39,594 bases of DNA, from positions 1 to 39,594 of the forward strand of contig JAFMSA010000001.1 of assembly GCA_017353855.1 (NCBI GenBank). The letters are read 5' to 3'. The position numbers and the translations under genes were made by a program. Below the pieces are notes generated by a model. It did no database searches. It was not told the origin of the DNA and was given only the letters and a program-made list of their open reading frames with translations. Shown here piece by piece: positions 1 through 9,140 of the stretch; the stretch's first letter is position 1; every line of letters begins with the position of its first letter. Origin of the DNA: Alphaproteobacteria bacterium (GTDB taxonomy: Bacteria; Pseudomonadota; Alphaproteobacteria; ATCC43930; CGMCC-115725).

Positions 1-541
1 ACGGACGCTCGCCGCGCATGCGGCGAGCGTCGCGGTCCATCACATCGAGACTGGCTCCGACCAGCGGGGCAAGATCGATTTTGTTGATGACGAGGAGATC
101 GGAGCGGGTGATGCCGGGGCCGCCTTTGCGCGGAATCTTGTCACCGGCCGCAACATCGATCACGTAGATCGTGAGATCTGCGAGCTCGGGAGAGAAGGTG
201 GCGGCAAGATTGTCGCCGCCCGACTCGATCAGCACCAGATCGAGATGCGCGAACAGCCGGCTCATTTCCGCGACGGCGGCAAGATTTATCGAGGCGTCTT
301 CGCGGATCGCGGTGTGCGGGCATCCGCCGGTCTCGACGCCGCGGATCCGTTCCGGCGGCAACGCGCCGCTTTTCGTCAGGAATTCGGCATCCTCGCGTGT
401 GTAAATGTCGTTGGTGATCACGGCGAGCTCGTATCGGCCGCGCATTGTCTTGCACAGCCAATCCATCAGCGCGGTCTTCCCCGACCCGACCGGGCCGCCG
501 ATGCCGACCCGCAGCGGATTGCTGATTGGCCTTTCGGTCAT
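1..541 (-). CDS. ureG: urease accessory GTPase UreG (3' end cut by window edge)
   Basis: Absent from the ORF track because it runs off the window. My translation from the ATG at 541 gives [73 protein letters not shown], with P-loop and NKxD motifs. The ATG overlaps the ureF stop (ATGA). Confidence 0.93.
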   Translation of the reverse strand, partial: MTERPISNPLRVGIGGPVGSGKTALMDWLCKTMRGRYELAVITNDIYTREDAEFLTKSGALPPERIRGVETGGCPHTAIREDASINLAAVAEMSRLFAHLDLVLIESGGDNLAATFSPELADLTIYVIDVAAGDKIPRKGGPGITRSDLLVINKIDLAPLVGASLDVMDRDARRMRGERP

Positions 542-1296
542 GAGCGGAATAGCCTCGTGTGCAGGGTTTCATGAGCGATCGAGGCGAGCTCGGTCGCGAA
601 AGTGGCGCTGCCGAAGGAGCCCGGATCGCGAGCCAGCGTGCCGATGACCGCCGTGTCAATGAGGGGCTCCAGGGCAGCGAGAACGCGCTGCCCGTCGGTC
701 TGCCCGATAGTACCGAGCCGCAGACCGGCAGAGACCAGGTTTGCCGCCATTGCCTGCAGATAGCCCGTCAACGCCCAGCGCAGCGGGATACCGGCGCGCG
801 CCGTCGCGGCACCGACAGCCGCGGCGTAGCATACGGGCATATCACTTTTTTCAAGCCTCGTGGCCCAGTGGTCGAGAAAGGGTTCGGGCCAGGCGCCGCG
901 GCAGGCGGCCAGAAAAGCCTCGCCCTGCGCCGTGGCCTCAACCCGTGTCTCGGCTGTGCCGCGAAAACCGATGCCGCGCAGATTGGCGTCCGTCAGGAGA
1001 TCGACATCACCTGCCGCCGCCGCCCGATGCGCCTCGCGCACAATGTCCGCATCGATGCGTCCGCTGCCCGATACCACGACGGCGCCTACCCAGTGCTCGA
1101 GCGAGGTGCGGTCGCGCACAGCCCCGCTGTCAACCAGAGCCTCCAAACCGTGCGAAAAGCTGAAAGAGCCGACCGGAAATCCAGGCGACAGCCACGCCAG
1201 CAATCGATAGAGCCGGGGATTGATGCCTCTCTCCCGCGTTGCGGGCGCAGTGCCTTCCGGGTCACGCACCGGTGTGAGTGTGCGCGCCGCCGGCAT
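538..1296 (-). CDS. ureF: urease accessory protein UreF
   Basis: The C-terminal 250 aa of ORF 538..1467 are UreF-like ([25 protein letters not shown]...). I trimmed the start to the ATG at 1296 (MPAARTL). A GTG at 1269 is an alternative start. The gene overlaps the ureE 3' end. Confidence 0.85.
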   Translation of the reverse strand: MPAARTLTPVRDPEGTAPATRERGINPRLYRLLAWLSPGFPVGSFSFSHGLEALVDSGAVRDRTSLEHWVGAVVVSGSGRIDADIVREAHRAAAAGDVDLLTDANLRGIGFRGTAETRVEATAQGEAFLAACRGAWPEPFLDHWATRLEKSDMPVCYAAAVGAATARAGIPLRWALTGYLQAMAANLVSAGLRLGTIGQTDGQRVLAALEPLIDTAVIGTLARDPGSFGSATFATELASIAHETLHTRLFRS

Positions 1297-1720
1297 ACGC
1301 GCCGATTTCCGGGTCGAAGGGCGCTTCCAGTCGGGTGATGTGGCCGCCGAGACCGACCACCATCTCGGCGATGACGTGATCGGCCCGGATGCGCAGCCTC
1401 TCGCCCGCGACCTGAAGCGGCAGGTGCCGGTTCCCGAGATGCCACGCGATCCGCAGCAAACCGGCACGATCAGTACTTTGGATTTCGAGGAGAGACTCGG
1501 GAGCCGCTCGCACGCGGATATAACCGCCGCCGTCGAGGACTAGGCCATCGCCCGCAGCGATGCGATGCGCGCGCGGCAAATCGAGCAGGAAAGCATCGCC
1601 GGAATCCGCAACAAGGCGGATGCGGCGGCGGTGCCGGTCGACATAAGCGAGCGTCACCGTGTCGGTAGCGCGCTCCTCCGGCCAATGCCCGCGGCTGTGA
1701 ACGGCAACTGCCCGGCGCAT
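1262..1720 (-). CDS. ureE: urease accessory metallochaperone UreE
   Basis: 152-aa ORF with a UreE-like core (LLRIAWHLGNRHLPLQV). It sits between ureC and ureF. Confidence 0.85.
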   Translation of the reverse strand: MRRAVAVHSRGHWPEERATDTVTLAYVDRHRRRIRLVADSGDAFLLDLPRAHRIAAGDGLVLDGGGYIRVRAAPESLLEIQSTDRAGLLRIAWHLGNRHLPLQVAGERLRIRADHVIAEMVVGLGGHITRLEAPFDPEIGAYAGGAHTHTGA

Positions 1721-1728
1721 CGCCCGGA

Positions 1729-3438
1729 TCAGTAGAGGAAATAGCGCTGCGCCAGTGGCAGAACGCTCGCCGGCTCGCAGCTCAGATGCACTCCGTCGGC
1801 ACGCACCTCGTAGGTCTCCGGGTCGACCTCGATAGATGGGGTCGCGTTGTTGTGAACCATGCGGCTTTTGTCAATCGCGCGGATGCCGCGTGCCGGTAGC
1901 ACGGTGCGCTGCAAACCGAGCACCTGCGGTATTCCGCGTTCGATCGCCAGGCTCGGCAGAAACGTGACTGCCGAGGCCGGCAATGCGCGCCCGAAGGCGC
2001 CGAACATCGGGCGGTAATGGACCGGCTGCGGTGTCGGGATCGAAGCGTTGGGGTCGCCCATCAGTGCCGCAGCGATTGTGCCCGCCTTCAATACCATATC
2101 CGGCTTGACGCCAAAGAAAGCGGGTGACCACAGACAAAGATCGGCGAGCTTGCCGACTTCGACCGAGCCGACATGCTCGGCCAGGCCATGGGTCAGCGCC
2201 GGGTTGATCGTATATTTGGCAATATAGCGCTTGACCCGGAAATTATCGGCGCGGTCGCCGTCTTCGGCGAGCCGGCCGCGCTGCTGCTTCATCTTGTCGG
2301 CGGTCTGCCAGGTGCGGATGATCACTTCGCCGACCCGACCCATCGCCTGGCTGTCCGAAGACATCATGCTGAAGGCACCAAGGTCGTGCAGGATGTCCTC
2401 GGCGGCAATCGTCTCTCGGCGGATGCGGCTCTCGGCGAACGCGACGTCCTCGGGTAAGCGCGGATCGAGGTGATGACACACCATGAGCATGTCGAGATGC
2501 TCGTCGACCGTGTTGACCGTAAAGGGCCGCGTCGGGTTGGTTGACGACGGCAGCACGTTCGGCAACCCGCATAATTTGATGATATCGGGGGCGTGACCGC
2601 CCCCCGCCCCCTCGGTATGAAACGCGTGAATATTGCGCCCCTTGAATGCCGCGATCGTATTTTCGACAAAACCCGATTCGTTGAGGGTGTCGGTGTGGAT
2701 CGCGACCGCAATGTCGAGCTGTTCGGCAACTCCGAGACAGGTGTCGATCGCTGCCGGGGTCGTGCCCCAATCCTCGTGCAGCTTCAGCCCGCAGGCGCCG
2801 GCCTCGATCATCTCGACCAAGGCGCGCGGATCGGCGGCATTGCCTTTGCCGAATAACCCAAGATTGACCGGCAGTCCTTCGGCCGCCTGCAGTATGCGGC
2901 CCAGATGCCACGGACCCGGCGTGCAGGTCGTTGCGGCGGTGCCGGCAGCCGGTCCGGTGCCGCCGCCGAGCATTGTCGTAATCCCGCTATAGAGCGCCTC
3001 CTCGACGAGCTGCGGACAGATGAAATGAATGTGCGAGTCGATGCCTCCGGCAGTGAGGATCCGGTTTTCGCCGGCAATCGCCTCGGTTCCCGGCCCGATC
3101 ACAATGTCGACACCCGGCTGGATATCGGGATTGCCGGCCTTGCCAATGCCGCTGATCCGGCCGTCACGGATCCCGATATCGGCCTTGACGATGCCCCAAT
3201 AGTCCAGGATTACGGCATTGGTGATGACGGTATCGACGGCGCCCTCGGCGCGGGTCGCGCTGCCTTGCCCCATTCCGTCGCGGATGACCTTGCCGCCGCC
3301 GAATTTGACCTCTTCGCCATAGATCGTGCGGTCGCTCTCGATCTCGATAACGAGTTCGGTATCAGCTAAACGCACCCGATCGCCGGTGGTCGGGCCGAAC
3401 ATCGCGGCATAGGCACCGCGCGGGATCATCGTCGCCAT
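1729..3438 (-). CDS. ureC: urease alpha subunit UreC
   Basis: 569 aa with hallmark urease alpha motifs ([27 protein letters not shown]). Confidence 0.98.
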   Translation of the reverse strand: MATMIPRGAYAAMFGPTTGDRVRLADTELVIEIESDRTIYGEEVKFGGGKVIRDGMGQGSATRAEGAVDTVITNAVILDYWGIVKADIGIRDGRISGIGKAGNPDIQPGVDIVIGPGTEAIAGENRILTAGGIDSHIHFICPQLVEEALYSGITTMLGGGTGPAAGTAATTCTPGPWHLGRILQAAEGLPVNLGLFGKGNAADPRALVEMIEAGACGLKLHEDWGTTPAAIDTCLGVAEQLDIAVAIHTDTLNESGFVENTIAAFKGRNIHAFHTEGAGGGHAPDIIKLCGLPNVLPSSTNPTRPFTVNTVDEHLDMLMVCHHLDPRLPEDVAFAESRIRRETIAAEDILHDLGAFSMMSSDSQAMGRVGEVIIRTWQTADKMKQQRGRLAEDGDRADNFRVKRYIAKYTINPALTHGLAEHVGSVEVGKLADLCLWSPAFFGVKPDMVLKAGTIAAALMGDPNASIPTPQPVHYRPMFGAFGRALPASAVTFLPSLAIERGIPQVLGLQRTVLPARGIRAIDKSRMVHNNATPSIEVDPETYEVRADGVHLSCEPASVLPLAQRYFLY

Positions 3439-3441
3439 CGC

Positions 3442-3750
3442 CTATCCGAGCCTGCCGTTGATCTTGCCGTTGAAGCCGAAGACACGGCGCTTACCGGCGT
3501 AGGCGACAAGCCGCACGTCGCGGCTCTGTCCCGGCTCGAACCGCATTGCCGTTCCGGCTGGTATGTCAAGCCGGTACCCGCGCGCCCGTTCGCGGTCGAA
3601 GGCGAGCGCCGCATTGGTTTCGTAAAAATGATAATGCGAGCCGACCTGGATCGGACGATCGCCGGTGTTGGCGACCGTCAGGGTCACGCTCGGGCGGCCC
3701 GCATTGATTTCGATGTCGCCCGAGCCGGTAAAGAGCTCGCCTGGTATCAT
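3442..3750 (-). CDS. ureB: urease beta subunit UreB
   Basis: 102 aa, MIPGE...[17 protein letters not shown], typical of UreB. Confidence 0.96.
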   Translation of the reverse strand: MIPGELFTGSGDIEINAGRPSVTLTVANTGDRPIQVGSHYHFYETNAALAFDRERARGYRLDIPAGTAMRFEPGQSRDVRLVAYAGKRRVFGFNGKINGRLG

Positions 3751-3759
3751 CCCGGGACC

Positions 3760-4062
3760 TTACCGGATCGGCTCGTGCACGGTAACGAGCTTGGTCCCGT
3801 CCGGAAAGGTCGCCTCGACCTGAATTTCGCGGATCATCTCCGGCACTCCCTCCATGACTTGCGCCCGTTTGATGATCGTAGCCCCGTCCCGCATCAGCTC
3901 CGCCACACTCTTGCCGTCGCGCGCGCCCTCGAGCACGTAGTCGGTAATCAGTGCGACCGCTTCGGGATAGTTGAGCTTGACGCCGCGCCTGAGCCGCCGC
4001 TCGGCGACCATCGCGGCGACCGCCACGAGGAGCTTGTCTTTCTCGCGCGGGGTCAGGTTCAT
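3760..4062 (-). CDS. ureA: urease gamma subunit UreA
   Basis: 100 aa, [12 protein letters not shown]...[11 protein letters not shown], typical of UreA. A GAGGA Shine-Dalgarno lies 9 nt upstream. Confidence 0.96.
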   Translation of the reverse strand: MNLTPREKDKLLVAVAAMVAERRLRRGVKLNYPEAVALITDYVLEGARDGKSVAELMRDGATIIKRAQVMEGVPEMIREIQVEATFPDGTKLVTVHEPIR

Positions 4063-4148
4063 CGAAAAAAATCCTCGGCTCGCAAACCCCCGCCTTTAGG
4101 CCGGCGAGGAGCGCCGCTCCCGCAGCGCGGGTGACGGCACTGATCCCT

Positions 4149-4377
4149 GGCCCTCACGGACCCCGGTGGCAGGTGGCACAACACCCCCCTCCTCTTCCCC
4201 ATGTTGCCGAGCAGCGGTCGAGCAAGCCCCCGCTCGTACCTATCTCGGGGTTTGTCTGCCGCTTGTCTTCAAGAGGTCCGAACTGAGGAGGCATCCGGAC
4301 GTTGGTCTTGAACTGCTCGGTCAACGTCGTCTCCGGTCTCCCTTCGATTTGGGCCGGTGACCCTCGGGCTTCCGCCC
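4149..4377 (-). repeat. paralogous structured intergenic element, copy 1 (candidate cis-acting/ncRNA, minus sense)
   Basis: Colinear with 23045-23281, sharing blocks ctcggtcaacg, gtctccggt and gggcttccg. No frame is conserved. Minus-sense hairpins are GGUCC[GUGA]GGGCC (4149-4162) and GGGC[GGAA]GCCC (4366-4377). Confidence 0.65.
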
Positions 4378-4879
4378 TCACATCGAAAGCCCTCCCTTCA
4401 GGGCCCTTAAGGGAGGGGATGGGTTACGTTTTTTCACGGCCCTCTCTCTTTCGCCGCCGGGCGGACGGTGATGGGCCCACCAGCGGCGTGCGTCTGCTGA
4501 CCGCCCGGCCTGTACCAAGATGCGTCCGAAGCCGATGGCCTGAGCAACACACCTTACACCAGTCTGAGCGATCCTTTTCTAAAACTCAGCAACGCTGAAC
4601 GGGCGACAATCAAAATCGCACGGGCGGTCATCACGACCAAACGCGCAAAAGGCCTGGCGCTATACCGACGAGCGAAAATCGGCAATAAGAGCAGAGCTCC
4701 CCGTTTCGATATCCGCGATCCAAGAGTGCGCCAATTTCGCTGCCGCAATGCTGCAGTGAGCATCAGCTGTGGGAATGCGGCGTGCTCGGCGGCGAGGTGT
4801 AACGCTTCGCGTCCCCGTGCTGGCGCTCGCTCCACAGCCTTGTTCGGCGAGGCGTAAGTATCGCCAATCGCGTGGCCGG

Positions 4880-5704
4880 CTAGAAATGCCAACTGCGCGG
4901 CAGATGCGACGGCAATCCCAGCGCGGCCGAGCGGAAACGGCTGGCGAGGTCGGCGTACGCTCGACGCAAAGCAGCAGTATCGTAGGCCAGCCAGCGGGCA
5001 ATTACCAAGCCGGCGACCGTCGTCACCCCGGCGCGGATAACTGCCGGGTCGGACGGCCGGATGGCGGGGGCAGCGCCAAGAAACCCCTGCGGGCACTCGT
5101 GCGGCGGGGACAATATCATTGATGCAAATGCGGCCGCGCCGTCGAAACAGGCGGGGTCATCAATGAGGCGCGCCACGTCGTCCTCGAGGTGCAACGCGTC
5201 CCCCCAAATGAGCTTGCCATTGCGCCGCACCTGCCAGACCTCGCGCACAAACCCGTGGGTGAGGCGCTCGCCCCGGGCCCGCCGCCCAAAGACCACAATG
5301 TCGCCGCCGAGAAACCCCGAAGCCGGACCGAGCTCAACGACGGTCTGGCGGTTGAGACGGGCCCCGTCGAACAGGATCGTTTCGAGCGGCAGGAATTCGA
5401 TAATGGCGCGCGCGTCGACCGACAGAAATTGGGAGATCGTCGTTGTCCGGCCGGTCGACCGGTAAACTTTTTCGGCCGCCGAAGACGTGATGTGCGCCGC
5501 AGTGTCCGCCTCGGCCCGTACAGCAATGTCGAGACGATCACCGGCGACGAGCCCGCCGGATGTCGTAACGATCATCGCGAGCGGCGGATCGCCTGCGCCG
5601 GTCGTCGGGAACATGACGCGCAGCGGATCGCGCTGATAAAGATGCGTCAGCCGGGTGACGCCGCCGTCTCGCGCAAAGCCGATTTCGGCAATTCCCTCGG
5701 TCAA
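4880..5704 (-). CDS. ureD: urease accessory protein UreD/UreH
   Basis: 274 aa, UreD-like (LTHLYQRDPLRVMFP...TTSGGLVAGD). The start is TTG at 5704, overlapping the ggt stop (TTGA). Confidence 0.85.
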   Translation of the reverse strand: MTEGIAEIGFARDGGVTRLTHLYQRDPLRVMFPTTGAGDPPLAMIVTTSGGLVAGDRLDIAVRAEADTAAHITSSAAEKVYRSTGRTTTISQFLSVDARAIIEFLPLETILFDGARLNRQTVVELGPASGFLGGDIVVFGRRARGERLTHGFVREVWQVRRNGKLIWGDALHLEDDVARLIDDPACFDGAAAFASMILSPPHECPQGFLGAAPAIRPSDPAVIRAGVTTVAGLVIARWLAYDTAALRRAYADLASRFRSAALGLPSHLPRSWHF

Positions 5705-7284
5705 TAGCCGAGGGCCAATCCGTCCTTGCGCGGCTCGGAACCGCCGATCAAGACGCCACGCCCGTGATCGATCCAGATCGCCTGGCAGCCACCCAGCGGG
5801 ACCTCGGTCATCTCGATCGGGTGCCCGCGGCGAGCCAGATCAGCGACGATCGGCTCGGGATTGCCGGGCTCGACTTCCAGCACCCCGCGCGGATGCGCGA
5901 AAATACGCGGCTGCTCGGCGGCCTGCTGCGGATCCAGGCCGCGGTCGAGAATGCGATGCAGGAGATGCGTCTGGCCGACCGGCTGGTAATGCCCGCCCAT
6001 GACGCCGAACGGCATCACCGCGCGGCCGTCTTTAACGAGCATTGCGGGAATAATTGTGTGCAGCGGCCGCTTCCGCGGCGCGATCGCATTGGGATGGCCC
6101 GGGGTCGTGCGGAAGCCCGTCCCGCGATTTTGCAGCAGTACTCCGCTCTGCGGTGCTAAGATCCCGGTGCCGAAGCCGGAGAACAGCGAGTTGATGAACG
6201 AGATCGCGTTACCGTCGCGGTCCACAACACAGAGATAGACCGTATCTTCGTGTTCGACCTCCGCCCAACCGGGGCCCGGGCGCGCACGGTCGAGGCGGAT
6301 ATTGCGCCGCACCCGCCCGGCGCGGGCTTCCGACAACAGACCCGCAACATCGACCGGCACGTGTTCCGGATCACAAACGTATGCGTCGCGCGCCCAATAG
6401 GCCGCTTTCGTGACCTCGGCGAGCAGGTGCAGGCGGTCAGCCTCGCTGAACCCATCGCCGGCAAGCTCGTAGCCGGAAAGGGCGCGCAGCATCATCAGCA
6501 CGACGATCCCCTGCCCGTTCGGCGGGCATTCGTAGACTTCGTAGCCGCGATAGGTGGCTGAGATCGGCTCGACCCAATTCGATCGCTGCGCCGCAAAATC
6601 CTCCGGTTCGTGCAGTCCGCCGAGGGATTTGAGACGGCCCACGATGTCGCGCATTACCGGCCCGTCATAGAACGCCTCGCGCCCCTCGCGTGCGATACCT
6701 CGCAGCGTGGCGGCAAGCGGCAGGTTGCGCATCCGGTCGCCGACATTGGGCGGCCGCCCCCCGGGCAGGAACAGCTCAGCGGTGACGGGGTCGCGCAATT
6801 TCGCCTGGAGGCGATGCCAATCATGCGCGACGCGGGGGCCGACGATGTACCCCTCCTCGGCGGCGCGCGCTGCCGGCTCGAGCAGTTCGGCCAGAGGACG
6901 CGTGCCGTACCGGGCGCTGAGCGTGCACCAGGCGTCGACGGCACCGGGGATCGTCACCGCGTGCGGGCTGGGGATCTCGATTTCGCGCAAGCCGCGCTCG
7001 ACGAACCACTCCACATTCGCTTTCGCCGGCGCTCGGCCGGAGCCGTTCAATGCGACGGGCGGCCCTCCCTTCGGCGAATAAAGCACAAAACAATCGCCGC
7101 CGATTCCGGTGCTCTGCGGTTCAGCGACGCATTGCACCGCGACTGCAGCGATCGCGGCATCAACCGCGTTCCCGCCCGACCGCAGCACATCGAGCGCAGT
7201 CAACGTCGCCAGCTGGTTCGATGTCGCCGCCATCCCGTGGGTTCCGAGTGCTGCCGATCGCCCGGGAAGATTGAAGTCGCGCAT
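5701..7284 (-). CDS. ggt: gamma-glutamyltransferase family protein (no signal peptide)
   Basis: GGT motifs are present (GGNAVDAAIA, TGIGGD, autoprocessing DTVYL, GGHYQPQ-like). I trimmed the ORF-track start (7512) to the ATG at 7284 (MRDFNLPGRS), where homology begins. Confidence 0.88.
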   Translation of the reverse strand: MRDFNLPGRSAALGTHGMAATSNQLATLTALDVLRSGGNAVDAAIAAVAVQCVAEPQSTGIGGDCFVLYSPKGGPPVALNGSGRAPAKANVEWFVERGLREIEIPSPHAVTIPGAVDAWCTLSARYGTRPLAELLEPAARAAEEGYIVGPRVAHDWHRLQAKLRDPVTAELFLPGGRPPNVGDRMRNLPLAATLRGIAREGREAFYDGPVMRDIVGRLKSLGGLHEPEDFAAQRSNWVEPISATYRGYEVYECPPNGQGIVVLMMLRALSGYELAGDGFSEADRLHLLAEVTKAAYWARDAYVCDPEHVPVDVAGLLSEARAGRVRRNIRLDRARPGPGWAEVEHEDTVYLCVVDRDGNAISFINSLFSGFGTGILAPQSGVLLQNRGTGFRTTPGHPNAIAPRKRPLHTIIPAMLVKDGRAVMPFGVMGGHYQPVGQTHLLHRILDRGLDPQQAAEQPRIFAHPRGVLEVEPGNPEPIVADLARRGHPIEMTEVPLGGCQAIWIDHGRGVLIGGSEPRKDGLALGY

Positions 7285-7414
7285 GCTAACCCATTCGTTC
7301 TGCCTCTGCGGGTCCTCCGCCGAACGTCCCTCACCAGCGGGGCTTCTCGCTTGCCCGGCACTAATGCACCGTCCTAACCTGCCGGTCAATTCATCACCCG
7401 GGCAAAGAAAGTTA

Positions 7415-8455
7415 ATGGACGCCGGCCTAACATCATTGCAATTTCCGGTCGGGGCCCCTCCCGGACCGGGGGAGACGTTGGAGATAGCACCCGGGATACG
7501 ATGGCTGCGCATGCCGCTGCCTTTCGCGCTCGATCACATTAACCTGTGGCTGCTCGAAGACGGGCCGGGCTGGACGATTGTCGATACCGGCTATGCGATG
7601 GCGCAGACCAAAGAGCTGTGGCAGCGGATTTTTGCCGAGCAGCTCGGCGGGTTACCGCTCACCCGCATCATCGTGACCCATTACCACCCCGATCATATCG
7701 GGCTCGCCGGCTGGCTGAGCGAGCTGTGGCAGGCACCGCTGTGGGTCACCGAGAAGGAATGGCTTTTCGCTCGTTTGATGAGCCGCGGGGCCGAAGACTT
7801 CGCCCCTTTGCGGCAGCGCTTCGCGCACCGCGCCGGGCTCGACGCGGCGTCGTGCGGGCTTTTCGGTGAGCGCGACAACAGCTATCGGCGCGGTGTCCCC
7901 TCGGTCCCGGCGAGTTTCCAACGGCTCGCCGACGGAATGTCCGTCGAAATCGGCAGGCGGGTGTGGCGGGTAATCGTCGGCGAAGGCCATGCGCCGGAAC
8001 TTGCCTGTCTATATTGCGCGCAGACCGGCGTGCTGATCTCGGGCGACCAAGTACTGCCACGGATCTCGCCCAATATCAGCGTCCAGCCGCACGAGCCGGA
8101 TGGTGACCCGCTCGCGCGGTATCTGTCCTCGCTGGCCAAGCTACGCGAAGCAGTGCCGCCGGAGACGCTCGTCCTGCCGTCGCACAACCTTCCGTTTTTC
8201 GGGCTGCGCGCGCGCATCGCAACATTGGCCCAGCATCACCAGGCGCGTTGCAGCGAAATCCTGGGCGCGTGCGAAACCCCGAAGAGCGCCTTCCAGCTGT
8301 TGGGGGTGCTGTTTCGGCGCATGCTCGACCGCCATCAGCTGGGCTTCGCGCTCGGCGAGGCGGTGGCGCATCTGAATTATCTGGTGCATCAAGGCGCCCT
8401 GAAGCGCGAACTCGGCGGGGATGGGGTCTATCGCTTCACTCGCGCCGCCCAATAA
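7415..8455 (+). CDS. MBL-fold metallo-hydrolase
   Basis: Contains the THYHPDH (HxHxDH) motif and a beta-lactamase-fold layout. I trimmed to the ATG at 7415 (MDAGLTS). The longer ORF from 7109 would overlap ggt. Confidence 0.85.
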   Translation: MDAGLTSLQFPVGAPPGPGETLEIAPGIRWLRMPLPFALDHINLWLLEDGPGWTIVDTGYAMAQTKELWQRIFAEQLGGLPLTRIIVTHYHPDHIGLAGWLSELWQAPLWVTEKEWLFARLMSRGAEDFAPLRQRFAHRAGLDAASCGLFGERDNSYRRGVPSVPASFQRLADGMSVEIGRRVWRVIVGEGHAPELACLYCAQTGVLISGDQVLPRISPNISVQPHEPDGDPLARYLSSLAKLREAVPPETLVLPSHNLPFFGLRARIATLAQHHQARCSEILGACETPKSAFQLLGVLFRRMLDRHQLGFALGEAVAHLNYLVHQGALKRELGGDGVYRFTRAAQ

Positions 8456-8550
8456 GAATGATCCGGATCGAAATTGCCCCCGCTACCGGGGAGCTCCCCC
8501 TCGGCGGCAACCGTCGGGGGCTCGCAGCTTGCCTGGCGGTCCTCCGCTCC

Positions 8551-8581
8551 CGCATGCACCCCGCATGCACAGGGTATGCAC
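8551..8581. repeat. three phased direct repeats (C/G)(G/T)ATGCAC
   Basis: CGCATGCAC at 8551-8559, CGCATGCAC at 8562-8570 and GTATGCAC at 8574-8581. Spacing is 11-12 nt, within an ORF-free gap. Confidence 0.6.
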
Positions 8582-9016
8582 AGGGGGGCCCCGGGCGCAA
8601 CAGCACTTCCTGCGTGCCGTCAATGCTCAAGAACGATGCGTGGCGGTTCGGCCGACCCGCACCGCAAACCCTACACGAGGCAAATTCTGCTCGCACTGAC
8701 GCTGCCGCAATATTGGCTGGTCGATGCCGGGTGCGCGCAGGTGCAAACCGGGCATGCCTGAGCCGGGGTTGGATTGATATCGTCCACAGCGGGATGACGC
8801 CGATCGAGCAAGCTTGAGCGGCAACCACTGGCGCCGGCGCTGCACGATATCGCCAATGCCGCGGCTGCGATCAGGTTCGCATTTGACGCCAGGGCACTGC
8901 TAATTTGCGCGGTGCGGCATTAGCCTGACGCGATGCCCGGCCGCCTTCGGGGTCCGTCAAAACTTCTTAAGCCGAGGCACCGATCGTTCCGATCGCAAAT
9001 GGTCGGGCGAACGGGT

Positions 9017-9045
9017 TTGGCCTTTTTATTGGTCGGGCCTATCAT
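9017..9045 (+). promoter_or_regulatory. candidate sigma70-type promoter for the MFS pump
   Basis: TTGGCC, a 17-nt spacer, then TATCAT, about 95 nt upstream of the GTG start at 9141. Confidence 0.3.
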
Positions 9046-9140
9046 AATGTGACGGTTTTCTGACACACCGAGATCAGGATGGTTCGCCGGCCCAGCTGCG
9101 GAGGTTCCTGCTTCGTCGCCCGTTTTTTAGAGGCGCAGCG

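Noticed and set aside
4081-4095. Sigma54-like GG..GC element (minus sense AGGCGGGGGTTTGCG) just upstream of ureA
   Set aside because: The GG-to-GC spacing is one nt short of the -24/-12 consensus, the TGGCAC core is poor, and it would sit only about 25 nt from the start codon.
4154-4381. 75-aa minus ORF inside repeat copy 1 ending in ...GGGCCATCHRGP, which contains a CXXCH-like heme motif
   Set aside because: The frame is not conserved in copy 2 (frameshifts, and no CXXCH at the aligned position), and there is no signal peptide. The motif is most likely chance in a GC-rich sequence.
7109-7512. Long N-terminal extensions of ggt (to 7512) and of the MBL hydrolase (from 7109) in the ORF track
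   Set aside because: The extensions overlap each other on opposite strands and lack homology. Family similarity begins at ATG 7284 and ATG 7415. I trimmed BKACE (14897), the methyltransferase (31656), cobL (38942) and ureF (1296) for the same reason.
8474-8761. A plus frame containing LPQYWLVDAG, reminiscent of the C-terminal EYWLVD motif of Uma2-family endonucleases
   Set aside because: Only one short motif matches, the spacing to the upstream K/Y residues is wrong, and the rest of the frame is low complexity.
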